A stretch of DNA of 60,864 nt, filler included, from Deltaproteobacteria bacterium (GTDB taxonomy: Bacteria; CG2-30-53-67), in NCBI GenBank assembly GCA_013151235.1. It is 5 parts of 5 records of this genome, joined end to end, with 100 filler letters (N's around TTAATTAATTAA, not from the genome) between each part and the next. Parts side by side here need not be neighbours in the genome. Positions count along the whole stretch, not along the records: positions 42,237 to 54,838 come from JAADIO010000073.1; positions 54,939 to 60,864 come from JAADIO010000066.1; 3 more parts are not named here. One strand, 5' to 3'. The notes under the pieces were generated by a model that was given only the letters and a program-made list of their open reading frames with translations, did not search any database and was not told the origin of the DNA. Shown here piece after piece: positions 49,082 to 57,778 of this stretch (positions are counted from its first letter, which is position 1; each line of letters opens with the position of its first letter). Position numbers and translations under genes: made by a program.

Positions 49082-50521
49082 CTATTCAACAAGGTAGTCC
49101 CACAACAGTGCAAGGTGAAGCCAGCGAAGGACCTCGCCGCCGAAGGGGTCCTTCAAGTCTTCCAGCGCTTTTTTTGTCTCAAGGTCAAGACTCTTGATGG
49201 TCTTCTCGATCACCTTTATCGTTCCGGGATCTCCGCGGGTCAGCCCCTTCACGATGGCATAAAGCTTCCTGCGGGGGAAATTCTCCCGGAGTACAGCAAC
49301 CTTATCCAGAGCGCTCCCCATCTTCCCTCCCTCCAGGATCATATCGTCCGGCGAACAGCCGTTGGGGCAAATCTCACGCCGGTAGCCCATCAGGTCCCGT
49401 CCGATATGGTCGAAGGACTCGAGGACCTCATAGGCAAAGAGGTTTTCCTCACGGCTCTTCTCCTTGGCCAGTTCGGCCAGATCCTTTGCGAGCTTCGTGA
49501 TCCGGTGGATCGGAGCGTTGTGGTGACAAAAGACGATGCCGCCGCCGTGCGTGAGCCGGTTCCCATGAAATTCCCAGCTCTCCGATTCTTCATAGAAGCG
49601 TTTCAAAACCCGCCACCCAAGCCAGGCCGGGACAATCCAGATGATCTCGTCCCCGCCCCAGAGCAGGGTCTCCAGTCGGTAGTTATCTTTTGCCGAGATC
49701 CACTCCTTGCGGTCCTTCATCTCCGACAGCAGGGTCTTGAGAAATCCCCGACGGTAGTTCTTGATCGTGGTATCAAAATCTTCCTGGAGTTTTCTTGTGT
49801 TACAGACATCGCTCTGGAGACCACCGAAGCCGTTCCCATCGAGGTAGATGACAGCCATCTTGTGATGAAGGTTCCCCCGGGAACGATCCGAGGTAAGCTC
49901 GTCGAAATCATTGGCAAAGTTCAGGGGAACCAACTCCGAAGCTTTCTTTTGATCTACCTTTTTGAGCTTGACCAGTTCTTTCCTGTAAAATTCCTGCTTC
50001 TCTTCACGGCCGTATTTCCAGCGTTGCCAGACCGACTCGCTGATTTTCTTACCTTTAGGCCCAGCCTTCACGGCAGGCCGTACGCCGTCCAGTTCGCAGG
50101 GGACAACATTTTTGACTCGACTGGTCTTTGGAACAGCCACGGTCGGGGACCGCATCTGCTGGAAACGGTTCTTCGCAAGCAGCGTCTCCCGGACCGTGAT
50201 AAAGTCATCTTCGGCCCTGAGGAAATCAACGACAAAGGTGGCGTGTTTGAATCGAGGATCCTTCTTCAGACAATCCATCACAGAGTTGCAAATTTGTCTA
50301 GCTTTGGAATCATCAGCGTCACCGTCATCCATCTCAAAGCGAAAAAGTCCGGAAGAGGCGCCCGTGGTGACCGGTTCCAGCCGGGGTACGCGTTTCTGAA
50401 CATGACCCACAGCGTCGAGCATCAAGAGACTCCCCCCCCGGGCCGTGCTCAAATCCTGGGTATCGAAGACAAAGTTCAAGAGGTTTACCCCCTCCATGCG
50501 GAGATAGTAGGTTGCCGTCAT
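49082..50521 (-). CDS. cas10: Compact Cas10 (Cmr2/Csm1 family), no HD domain, GGDE palm motif
   Basis: N-terminal palm EGVNL.NFVFDT.DL...RGGS; second palm AVIYLDGNGFG...LWGGDE...LTHGGGIVF....PI......A..L...AK. Confidence 0.85.
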   Translation of the reverse strand: MTATYYLRMEGVNLLNFVFDTQDLSTARGGSLLMLDAVGHVQKRVPRLEPVTTGASSGLFRFEMDDGDADDSKARQICNSVMDCLKKDPRFKHATFVVDFLRAEDDFITVRETLLAKNRFQQMRSPTVAVPKTSRVKNVVPCELDGVRPAVKAGPKGKKISESVWQRWKYGREEKQEFYRKELVKLKKVDQKKASELVPLNFANDFDELTSDRSRGNLHHKMAVIYLDGNGFGGLQSDVCNTRKLQEDFDTTIKNYRRGFLKTLLSEMKDRKEWISAKDNYRLETLLWGGDEIIWIVPAWLGWRVLKRFYEESESWEFHGNRLTHGGGIVFCHHNAPIHRITKLAKDLAELAKEKSREENLFAYEVLESFDHIGRDLMGYRREICPNGCSPDDMILEGGKMGSALDKVAVLRENFPRRKLYAIVKGLTRGDPGTIKVIEKTIKSLDLETKKALEDLKDPFGGEVLRWLHLALLWDYLVE

Positions 50522-50539
50522 GATCCCTCCTTTCGTTTA

Positions 50540-52092
50540 TTACTTCTTCTTTGGCTTCTGTCGCGCAAGCCTGTCAAAATACTTGTACAGACGATTGGAA
50601 CACTTTATAGTCAGGAGCAACAGAAAGGTCGATCCTGCCATGGTCAATATGAAGACCAGCCACGAATGTTTCTTCCAATCCATTATCCAGATATTCATCC
50701 CCAGGAACCCCGTGGCCACGGCCAGGACCATCCCCACCGTAGCAACAACGGTCAGGCGTGTGGTCGCCCTGGTCTCCTGCTCCGCCTCCTGGATCTCGAG
50801 GTATTCATGGCTGCTGTTGATCTCCTTCTCTACTTCCTCGAAGAGTTCATCCACATCCATATGCTTCCGAGCAAGAGTATACATCTCGATCGCCTGCTGC
50901 TGGTTGGATAGGAGGGGAAACTGATAGAGATTCGCGAAAAGGGAAAAGTTCCAACGAAGTTTATCGAAGGTTTCATGCCAGTCCTTCTCCCCCTTTTCCC
51001 TCGCATCGGCGGAAATCTTGCTAAGCGCCCCGCTGAACCGGAAGAGGACCACCCGGATATAAAGGAGAAGAANNNNNNNNNNNNNNNNNNNNNNNNGAAG
51101 TGTTCGCAAAGATTCGGATCAGAGTCCGGCGGAGCCAGCATTGCGCCGCTATGATAATTGAATCCATAAAAAGTTCCCTCCTCTTCCCATCGCTTGTAGG
51201 TCCGCTCTTCGGCCCATTCCCGTTCAAAAGTCCGGCTGAGGTGGGTTGCATAGGGTGAATCCCCAGGCGCATCGACATTGAGCAGTTTGATCCAATGGCC
51301 CAGCTCCCAGGGCTTTAAGAAATGCCCATATTGACGACGAAGATCACCCCCTCCATTAGGCAGGATGGCACAAGCCCAGGTGAAAGTGCGGTTATCGGCA
51401 TAAATCAGGTCGGTGCTGAATCTGAAAGTTTTACCCTGGCAACAAATCGGGAATCGTAAGAATGATTTCCAACGTTCGGCATAGAGATCCTGTTCCGGTT
51501 TTATTGCTCTGTCAGCAAGAGTCTCTTTAGATCCGAATGATGCAGGTATGTCCCCCATTAAATCCAACAATCCTTTGCATTCATGCCGGTCAAAAGGTCG
51601 TTCCCAATACCGAAACTGTTCATTTAATTCCAGCAAATCATCCAAGGTCGGCATATCAAGTGATGTATCTTCTGGAACTTTTGTAAAAAAGAGTTCAATG
51701 ACCAGAAAACCGACCTGGAGCAGATCGCCTCCTTCGGGAATGTCGCGCCGTTCTTCCTCTGTGTATTCAAACAGGACAAGTCGTGGCTTCGACATGGATA
51801 TCGGCAGTATTCTGCCTTCCCTGAAATACATGGGATAGGTCCAATCCCATTCTTTGTCTACCTGTTCCAGTTGAAACCACTTCGCCCTTTTGAAAAGAAC
51901 TTTCCCTGTTTCAGGGGTAAAGTATTTCTCACGCCAATAACGATCCTCATGAATTTCTTTCCACTGGTAATCGGTATCGGAAGTACCTTTTCGAACATTC
52001 AGTCGTTGCAAGCTGTAGGCAAAGGGAAGAACAAACCGGGTAAAAGATGCAGGTTTTTCGTGTTGCGGTTTGCCATATTCAAGTTTAAGCAT
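50540..52092 (-). CDS. CRISPR-associated CorA-family membrane effector (spans a 24-N scaffold gap)
   Basis: Large soluble N-terminal domain, SNQQQAIEMY helix, two C-terminal TM helices with the CorA signature GFLGMN; RBS GGAGGTGG before ATG 52092. Confidence 0.82.
51073..51096. other. Scaffold gap (24 N) inside the corA-like gene
   Basis: Plain N run without the linker sequence. Confidence 0.95.
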
Positions 52093-52276
52093 TCTCCACC
52101 TCCCCTGCTTGTCACAATAAATCAGTAAGCCGCTTTGTATTTCACCAACGTGAAATAGAAAGCGGCTTTTTCGATACTCCCCCTCTTGGCAGACATAAGG
52201 CAGTAAGATAAGAGCATGGCTTTCTGAATTTCCCGCAGTCAGGACCACCAAGGCTGGTTTGATCCCTGTTTGCAAC

Positions 52277-52306
52277 ATCATAAACAAATATATTGACGTA
52301 TGACAA
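52277..52306 (-). promoter_or_regulatory. Putative promoter of the corA-cas operon
   Basis: TTGTCA-18 bp-TATGAT in an AT-rich stretch. Confidence 0.4.
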
Positions 52307-52478
52307 GAAAAACTTACCTCTTATGCATAAAGGGACGAAGGCGAAAGGGTCTATTCCCACAATGCGGATTTTGGGAGGTCGTCCTATACCAGCCACCTGA
52401 ATGGCTGATTACAACTTCATCACGATACAGTTGCCGCTGGCGGCATCCTTCCCTAACCGGCTTCGCAGGTGGTAAGCA

Positions 52479-53423
52479 TCACTTTCTCTCCTTCCGCCGC
52501 ACATGCTGTCTCCCTTCCAGGCTCCCGGCACATCGAAATCCAGTTACCTCGTTCCGATCGTCCGGCTCATCTCCGATGCGGTCCCATGCACTGAAGAATC
52601 CCGGTTCAAACAGCCATGATCTTCCCCTGATCACACGTTTCGTCCCTCTGAGCGCCCCCCTGGGGTTATCCTTCGGGCTCCGTCCGTAATAGCCCGCGTC
52701 ATACCAGTCCACACACCACTCGAAGAGATTGCCCACCATACCGTAGAGGCCGAGACTGTTCGGCGGGAAGCTACCGACCGGGGATGTCGATCGGTTGTCC
52801 CACTGTGAACCGCAACCATTGCACTCGGGATCGCCCAGGAAAAGGGTGTCTCCCCGCGGTTTTTTCCGATTGCGCATATTCCTTCCGCCCCTTGCCGCAT
52901 ATTCCCATTCCGCTTCCGTGGGAAGGCGTTTGCCCACCTTTGTACAGTAGGCTTGGGCATTGAACCAGGTCACGTTTTCGATCGGATGCCGCATCCCTTT
53001 GAAGTGCGAAGGGTTCCTGCCCATCACACGCTGATAGGCCGCCTGCGTCACAGGGTACCTGTCGATATAGAAGTCATCCAGGCAGATCTCGTGGGCCGGT
53101 TTTGAATCATCATCACAATCGCTCGGCCAGGTTCCGCATCCCATCCTGTAACAGCCGCCTCTCACCAGGACCATCCCCCGGGGCGCCGTTTCCCGTTTCG
53201 TCCCATCTTTTGACAGCTTGCGCGCGGAGACGGCGCTGCCTTGTGGAGCGATATGGCCGCTCGCCCGATTCCGGTCGGCGGCGGATAAAGATGCTCGTCC
53301 CGCCGGAATGACCAGGAACAGACAGAGAACGATCATGATCTTCCTCCGGAGCAAAATGCCCCGTTCCCGCCGCTCCGTTCCACGATCTTTTTCACGGGCT
53401 TCCTGCGGATTACGTATTTGCAT
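52479..53423 (-). CDS. FGE-sulfatase (SUMF1) domain protein, probably secreted
   Basis: MV.V.GG...MG, P.H...LD.F.ID.YPVT, P..NVTW, RLPTEAEWEYAARGG, N.LGLY.M.GNLFEW, RVIRG.SW, GFRC; hydrophobic N-terminal segment. Confidence 0.9.
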   Translation of the reverse strand: MQIRNPQEAREKDRGTERRERGILLRRKIMIVLCLFLVIPAGRASLSAADRNRASGHIAPQGSAVSARKLSKDGTKRETAPRGMVLVRGGCYRMGCGTWPSDCDDDSKPAHEICLDDFYIDRYPVTQAAYQRVMGRNPSHFKGMRHPIENVTWFNAQAYCTKVGKRLPTEAEWEYAARGGRNMRNRKKPRGDTLFLGDPECNGCGSQWDNRSTSPVGSFPPNSLGLYGMVGNLFEWCVDWYDAGYYGRSPKDNPRGALRGTKRVIRGRSWLFEPGFFSAWDRIGDEPDDRNEVTGFRCAGSLEGRQHVRRKERK

Positions 53424-53613
53424 CGCCGTTCCCTCCTTTCTTATTCATAAAGACGTCCATGAAGTTGATTTTGTTGCACTATGGCCGGGGGTAGAGTGCA
53501 TGCCGCCGGCCCCTTGAACATTACGAAAATTCTGAGAATCCGGAAACATGCCGGAGGTGTCATTATGATACAATTCACAAACTAACTCCGGCGATCGGTA
53601 TGTTCGATCATAA

Positions 53614-53957
53614 CGGGACTTTCTCGAAATCCTGGAGAACCGCCACGGCATGCGATCGACCCTCCTGACCAGCCGGGTCCCGGCGGAACAGTGGCATGAA
53701 CGGATGAAAAACCCACCCTTGGCCAATGCCATCCTGGGCCGTCTCATTCATAACGCCTACCAATCCGACTTGGAAGGAGAACTGACGCGGAAGAAAAAAA
53801 GGATTGACTTGCCCCATGGAAAAGAGGTAGCCCTATCGGAGAGGCGTCGCGGGGCGAAGACGGGTGATCAAAGAACACCGGAATCGGTGTGCAAACCCGA
53901 TCGGGATGAGTGTCCAACAAATTTCAGGATGGGTGTTCAACGTCATCAGGATACGCA
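53614..53957 (+). mobile_element. IS21-family remnant: istB 3' fragment plus right end
   Basis: RDFLEILENRHGMRSTLLTSRVP.EQWH....P.LANAILGRLIHNAY...L.GE..RK resembles the IstB C-terminus; followed by repeated gtg...gga motifs ending ...GGATACGCA. Confidence 0.78.
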
Positions 53958-54145
53958 TGATACTTGTTGAATTGCGGATCCTAGGGCATGTTGGTGTTCA
54001 TTGCGGCTTCCTTTTCGTAATAGATGTAAGCGGCATATTCCTCTTGCTCTGCCACATTCTTTTTATTACGAATAGTAATGATATTGCAAGATGTTAATCA
54101 TGCAGGAAAGTATTTGCTGGGAGTTGCCTGCCGCGTAGCGGGTTC

Positions 54146-54217
54146 GTCCAACACGCAGGTGAAGTCGGACAGGTATTCCGCTGCGCTCTATACCTGCCGC
54201 TACCCGCACCGTTAGCC
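54146..54217 (+). other. Integron attC recombination site
   Basis: Begins GTCCAAC (RYYYAAC), ends GTTAGCC, imperfect palindrome with inner caggtat/atacctg around ccgctgcgct; 72 bp. Confidence 0.7.
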
Positions 54218-54219
54218 GA

Positions 54220-54316
54220 TGAACTACCGCGCCGCAAGCAGCGGGGTATCAACTTCTCTATTTCGGTACATCACTCGCAGCAAGCTGCGGGGAATTAGAC
54301 CCTAAAAGAGATTAAA
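54220..54316 (+). repeat. Short twin-hairpin MITE-like element just after attC
   Basis: Direct repeats cgccgcaagcagcgggg and cgcagcaagctgcgggg, each able to form a hairpin. Confidence 0.5.
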
Positions 54317-54326
54317 GGGAGCATAC

Positions 54327-54838
54327 ATGAGATTCGATAGGAGAGAGAATAAAGAAATTACATATTATACAGATATCATTGAAGAGGCAGTTTATAACAA
54401 AGATTGCCAAAAAATAGAGGCCATCATTGAAGAGCTTTGGTTTGATAAGAAATCAGACGGTACTTGCACAATAATGATAGGCCCGTGCGATATCATTAAC
54501 CCAGATCCTTGCATTGTATGTGGAGCACAAATAGAGGAATTTAACTCAAGTAAAAAGGAAAATGGCATATTATTTAAGTTCCTTGACAATTTCCGATACG
54601 CCCACGCACCCACTCGAAGAGGTATCAGTTTTTGGCTGTGTCCAACGTGTGCTCCAAAGGGAGTTGCTGTGGATTTTCACAATATTCGTCTCAATATTGA
54701 GTCAGTGCGTCCCTTGACAGATGCCCTCCAAGACTTCTTGTTCAGAAATTCAATGAATGAAATTCATCAGGAACTTAATCTTCTTGTTAAAGACAAAAAT
54801 TCATATTTTGACAACCCGCTTCCTGGAAATATGATTAT
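54327..54838 (+). CDS. Low-GC hypothetical protein with CxxC...CxxC (cassette-like; 3' truncated)
   Basis: Open frame with GGGAG RBS; visibly AT-rich relative to flanking genes; CIVC and CPTC pairs. Confidence 0.65.
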
Positions 54839-54938
54839 NNNNNNNNNNNNNNNNNNNNNNNNNNNNNNNNNNNNNNNNNNNNTTAATTAATTAANNNNNN
54901 NNNNNNNNNNNNNNNNNNNNNNNNNNNNNNNNNNNNNN
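54839..54938. other. Artificial contig linker
   Basis: N run + TTAATTAATTAA + N run. Confidence 0.97.
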
Positions 54939-55706
54939 CGCCCCGGGGACCATCTGCAACTTCATCAGGGTTACCGCCCGGACCTCGTCCTTCGTGATCA
55001 TCCCCCTATCGTGAGCCAGGGAATGACCGGCCGGTCCCAGCGACGGTTCCGGCGCCCCGTTTACAATTACCATGACATTGAGACCGGGAAAGCGTCTCCG
55101 TTCAATCTCGGAGAGCCTGCCGGCAACAACCTTCTCATCCCGGCCGCCAAGCCTGCAGCAGACCCAGGCCCGGCAATCATCCAGTCCGGCTTTCAGCAGG
55201 AGCCTCGCAATCCGCCCCGGGTGATTCTCCGGGCCGGTGAGCAGCCCGACCTTCCCGTGACGCCGGACGGCATCGACCACGGGACCGACCTCCCGTCCGT
55301 GAAGGGAAAGGAAGAAGGCGTCGTCCCAGGCCAGCCCGGTCCGGGCGAAGGCAATCTGCATGGAGCTGACATGGGGATGGACCTCAAGCTCACCTTCGGC
55401 GAACTCTTGTCTCAGGAATCGTGCTATCCCGAAGAAGTTGGGATCCCCCGAGGCCAAGACAACAACCTTCTTTCCCGCCTCCCGGGCGCGGGAAATCTTT
55501 CCGGGAAGGGATTTCAGGCGCCCATCAATGGCCAGCCTTGCGGCCGGAATCTTCCGGAACCCTTCCAGGACCTTGCTTCCCCCCACCAGGAGGTCGGCCT
55601 TCTGCACCCGATCCAGCATCGCCGGTCCGAGACTTTCAGGACCTTCCAGCCCCACGCCGATGATAAGGACCGGGTCTCTTTCGGTCATCTTGGGTTCCCT
55701 GTTCAC
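54939..55706 (-). CDS. cbiE: Precorrin-6Y methyltransferase CbiE fused to the CbiT start (3' truncated)
   Basis: IIGVG..G, VVLASGDPNFFG, SLHGR, then MITKDEVRAVTL.KL (CbiT start). Confidence 0.88.
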
Positions 55707-55761
55707 GGCCGTTGTTTTTCCTCAATCACTTCATGTTCTTCATGGTGCAATGCTCTTCGCC

Positions 55762-56892
55762 TTAGACCTTCCCTCTGCTCCATTTGCGTACCTGCAGAAC
55801 TTCACCACGGTAATCAACGAGAACCGCTTCCACCCCGATCTTCCCTTCGCCATATTTTTTCAGCGATTCCAGGGCCCGGTGGAGGATCTCACGATACAGG
55901 GGTGAATCACCGGGGAGAAATCCGGCCACCTCCCTGACGGTGTTGGCCTTCCGGATCTTCGTCACGGTCTTATCGTCCATTCCCAGGATCTGCGCCCATG
56001 AAGCAAACTGATCGAAGTCGATCTGTGACGCCAGGTGGTGGGTCTCGGGAAACCCCATGGCGATCTTGACCATCTTCCCCGGCATGGCGACAACGATCAC
56101 CTTTGCAACACCCTTCGCCGCGCACCTTCTCACCGAAGATTCAACGTAGTCCCCCATCTGGATGAAGGCCTCTTCCGGAAGTTCCGGATAAAGACGCCCG
56201 GCTGCCTTTTCACTCGACCGGCCCGGCGTCAGGACAACGGTCTCACAGCCGCAGGCCAGGGCCACGTCAACCTGCACGGCAATGGTCTCTTCCCATGCCC
56301 TGGTGGAGATCGGCTCCACAATCCCCGTGGTGCCGAGGATAGAGATCCCGTCTACAATCCCGAGGCGCGGGTTCAGGGTCCTCTCCGCCAGGCTTTCCCC
56401 CTCCGGAACCTCGATGGTCACCTCAAAGGCTTTTCCGTTACTGACCCCGGCAAAGTTGATGAGGACATCGCTCACCTCGGTCTCGATCATCGAGCGGGGG
56501 ACGGGGTTGATGGCCGGGTTCCCCACCGTCACGGGAAGGCCCGGCTTTGTCACCTGCCCCACTCCCTCGCCGCCGACGATGGAAAGATCGAATCCTTCCT
56601 CTTTCCCCTCGACCGGTCTCATCGTGATCTTCCCAACGATCGCTGCCCCGTTCGTAACATCCGGGTCGTCTCCGCCATCCTTGACGACGACGCAGGCGGC
56701 GGAATCCTCCGTGCGGGAGAGGAGCTTTGCAGGGAGGACCACCGGAGTACCGCCGGGGAGGGTGATCCCGATCCGGTGAATCTCCACCCCCGTCATCAGG
56801 GCCAGGGCCGCGCCCTTGGCGGCCGCCGCGGCACAGCTTCCCGTCGTGTATCCCCGCCGGAGCGGTTTTCGTGCCTCTTCTTCATTCATCAA
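55762..56892 (-). CDS. cbiD: Cobalt-precorrin-5B C1-methyltransferase
   Basis: LRRGYTTGSCAAAAAK, KDGGDDPDVT, AINPVPR, GISILGTTGIVEP. Confidence 0.95.
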   Translation of the reverse strand: MMNEEEARKPLRRGYTTGSCAAAAAKGAALALMTGVEIHRIGITLPGGTPVVLPAKLLSRTEDSAACVVVKDGGDDPDVTNGAAIVGKITMRPVEGKEEGFDLSIVGGEGVGQVTKPGLPVTVGNPAINPVPRSMIETEVSDVLINFAGVSNGKAFEVTIEVPEGESLAERTLNPRLGIVDGISILGTTGIVEPISTRAWEETIAVQVDVALACGCETVVLTPGRSSEKAAGRLYPELPEEAFIQMGDYVESSVRRCAAKGVAKVIVVAMPGKMVKIAMGFPETHHLASQIDFDQFASWAQILGMDDKTVTKIRKANTVREVAGFLPGDSPLYREILHRALESLKKYGEGKIGVEAVLVDYRGEVLQVRKWSRGKV

Positions 56893-57776
56893 AGAGAACC
56901 TCCCGCGGTTTTTTCAAGGTTCGCCGACGACTCTCCGAGGAGCCCGGAGGGTACAAGCTTCACGATCTCCCGCCGGGCCTCCCCGATGGTCAGGGGGATC
57001 TTCTTTAGCGGAAAACGGTCCTGCTCCTTGAGGGCCTCCATCAGCTCGGCGATATGGGGCAGATGGAGACGGCACCGTTCCATCTCCGACGAGGAGAGCA
57101 ACGCCTCCGAAGGCGATCCTTCCCGGACGATCCGGCCCCGGCTCATGATCACGATCCGGCCGATATAGAGGGGAACGAGGTCGACGGCGTGGGTGGCGAC
57201 GATCAGGGTCAGGCCGGTTTCACGGTTGAGCCTTTGGAGAAGGGTCATGATCGAGCGGACCCCCATCGGGTCCAGCCCGGAGGTCGGCTCGTCGAGGATC
57301 AGGACCTTCGGCTCCATGGCGAGGACCCCGGCGATCCCGACCCGCTGCCGCTGGCCATGGGAGAGCGCCGCAACGGGACGCCCGCGGTGAGCCGTCATCT
57401 CCACCCGCTCGAGCGCCCGGGACACACGCCTCTCCACGGTATCCTCCGGCAGGCCGAGGTTCCGGGGGCCGTAGGCCACATCCTCCTCCACGGTCAGCGA
57501 GAAGACCTGGTCGTTCGGATCCTGGAAAACGAATCCCGTTGTCGAAAAAATCTCCCGCTCCGGATACTCCTCCACCCGACGCCCCTCGAGACGTACCTCG
57601 CCGGCGGTGGGCCGGAGCAGGCCGTTCAACTGTTTGAGCAAGGTCGTCTTGCCGCAGCCGTTGGCGCCGAGGACCGCCACCACGTCCCCCTTCCGGATGG
57701 TCAGGTTGATCTCCTTCAGGACCTTCGTCCCGTCGGGGTAGGTGAAAGAGAGCCTTTCCAGTCGGTAGAGTTCCAT
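56889..57776 (-). CDS. cbiO: Cobalt ECF transporter ATPase
   Basis: GANGCGKTT, FQDPNDQ, LSHGQRQR, LDEPT. Confidence 0.9.
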   Translation of the reverse strand: MELYRLERLSFTYPDGTKVLKEINLTIRKGDVVAVLGANGCGKTTLLKQLNGLLRPTAGEVRLEGRRVEEYPEREIFSTTGFVFQDPNDQVFSLTVEEDVAYGPRNLGLPEDTVERRVSRALERVEMTAHRGRPVAALSHGQRQRVGIAGVLAMEPKVLILDEPTSGLDPMGVRSIMTLLQRLNRETGLTLIVATHAVDLVPLYIGRIVIMSRGRIVREGSPSEALLSSSEMERCRLHLPHIAELMEALKEQDRFPLKKIPLTIGEARREIVKLVPSGLLGESSANLEKTAGGSL

Positions 57777-57778
57777 TC

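Noticed and set aside
49013-50911. 632-aa plus-strand ORF and other long antisense ORFs (e.g. 14512-15810, 30553-31728, 35177-36541, 56035-57168)
   Set aside because: They are shadow frames opposite well-supported genes in GC-rich DNA and show no recognisable motifs.
52479-52700. Diversity-generating retroelement (FGE-domain target plus Avd-like four-helix bundle at 35005)
   Set aside because: No reverse transcriptase and no template repeat were seen in the window; the four-helix-bundle fragment is on another contig.
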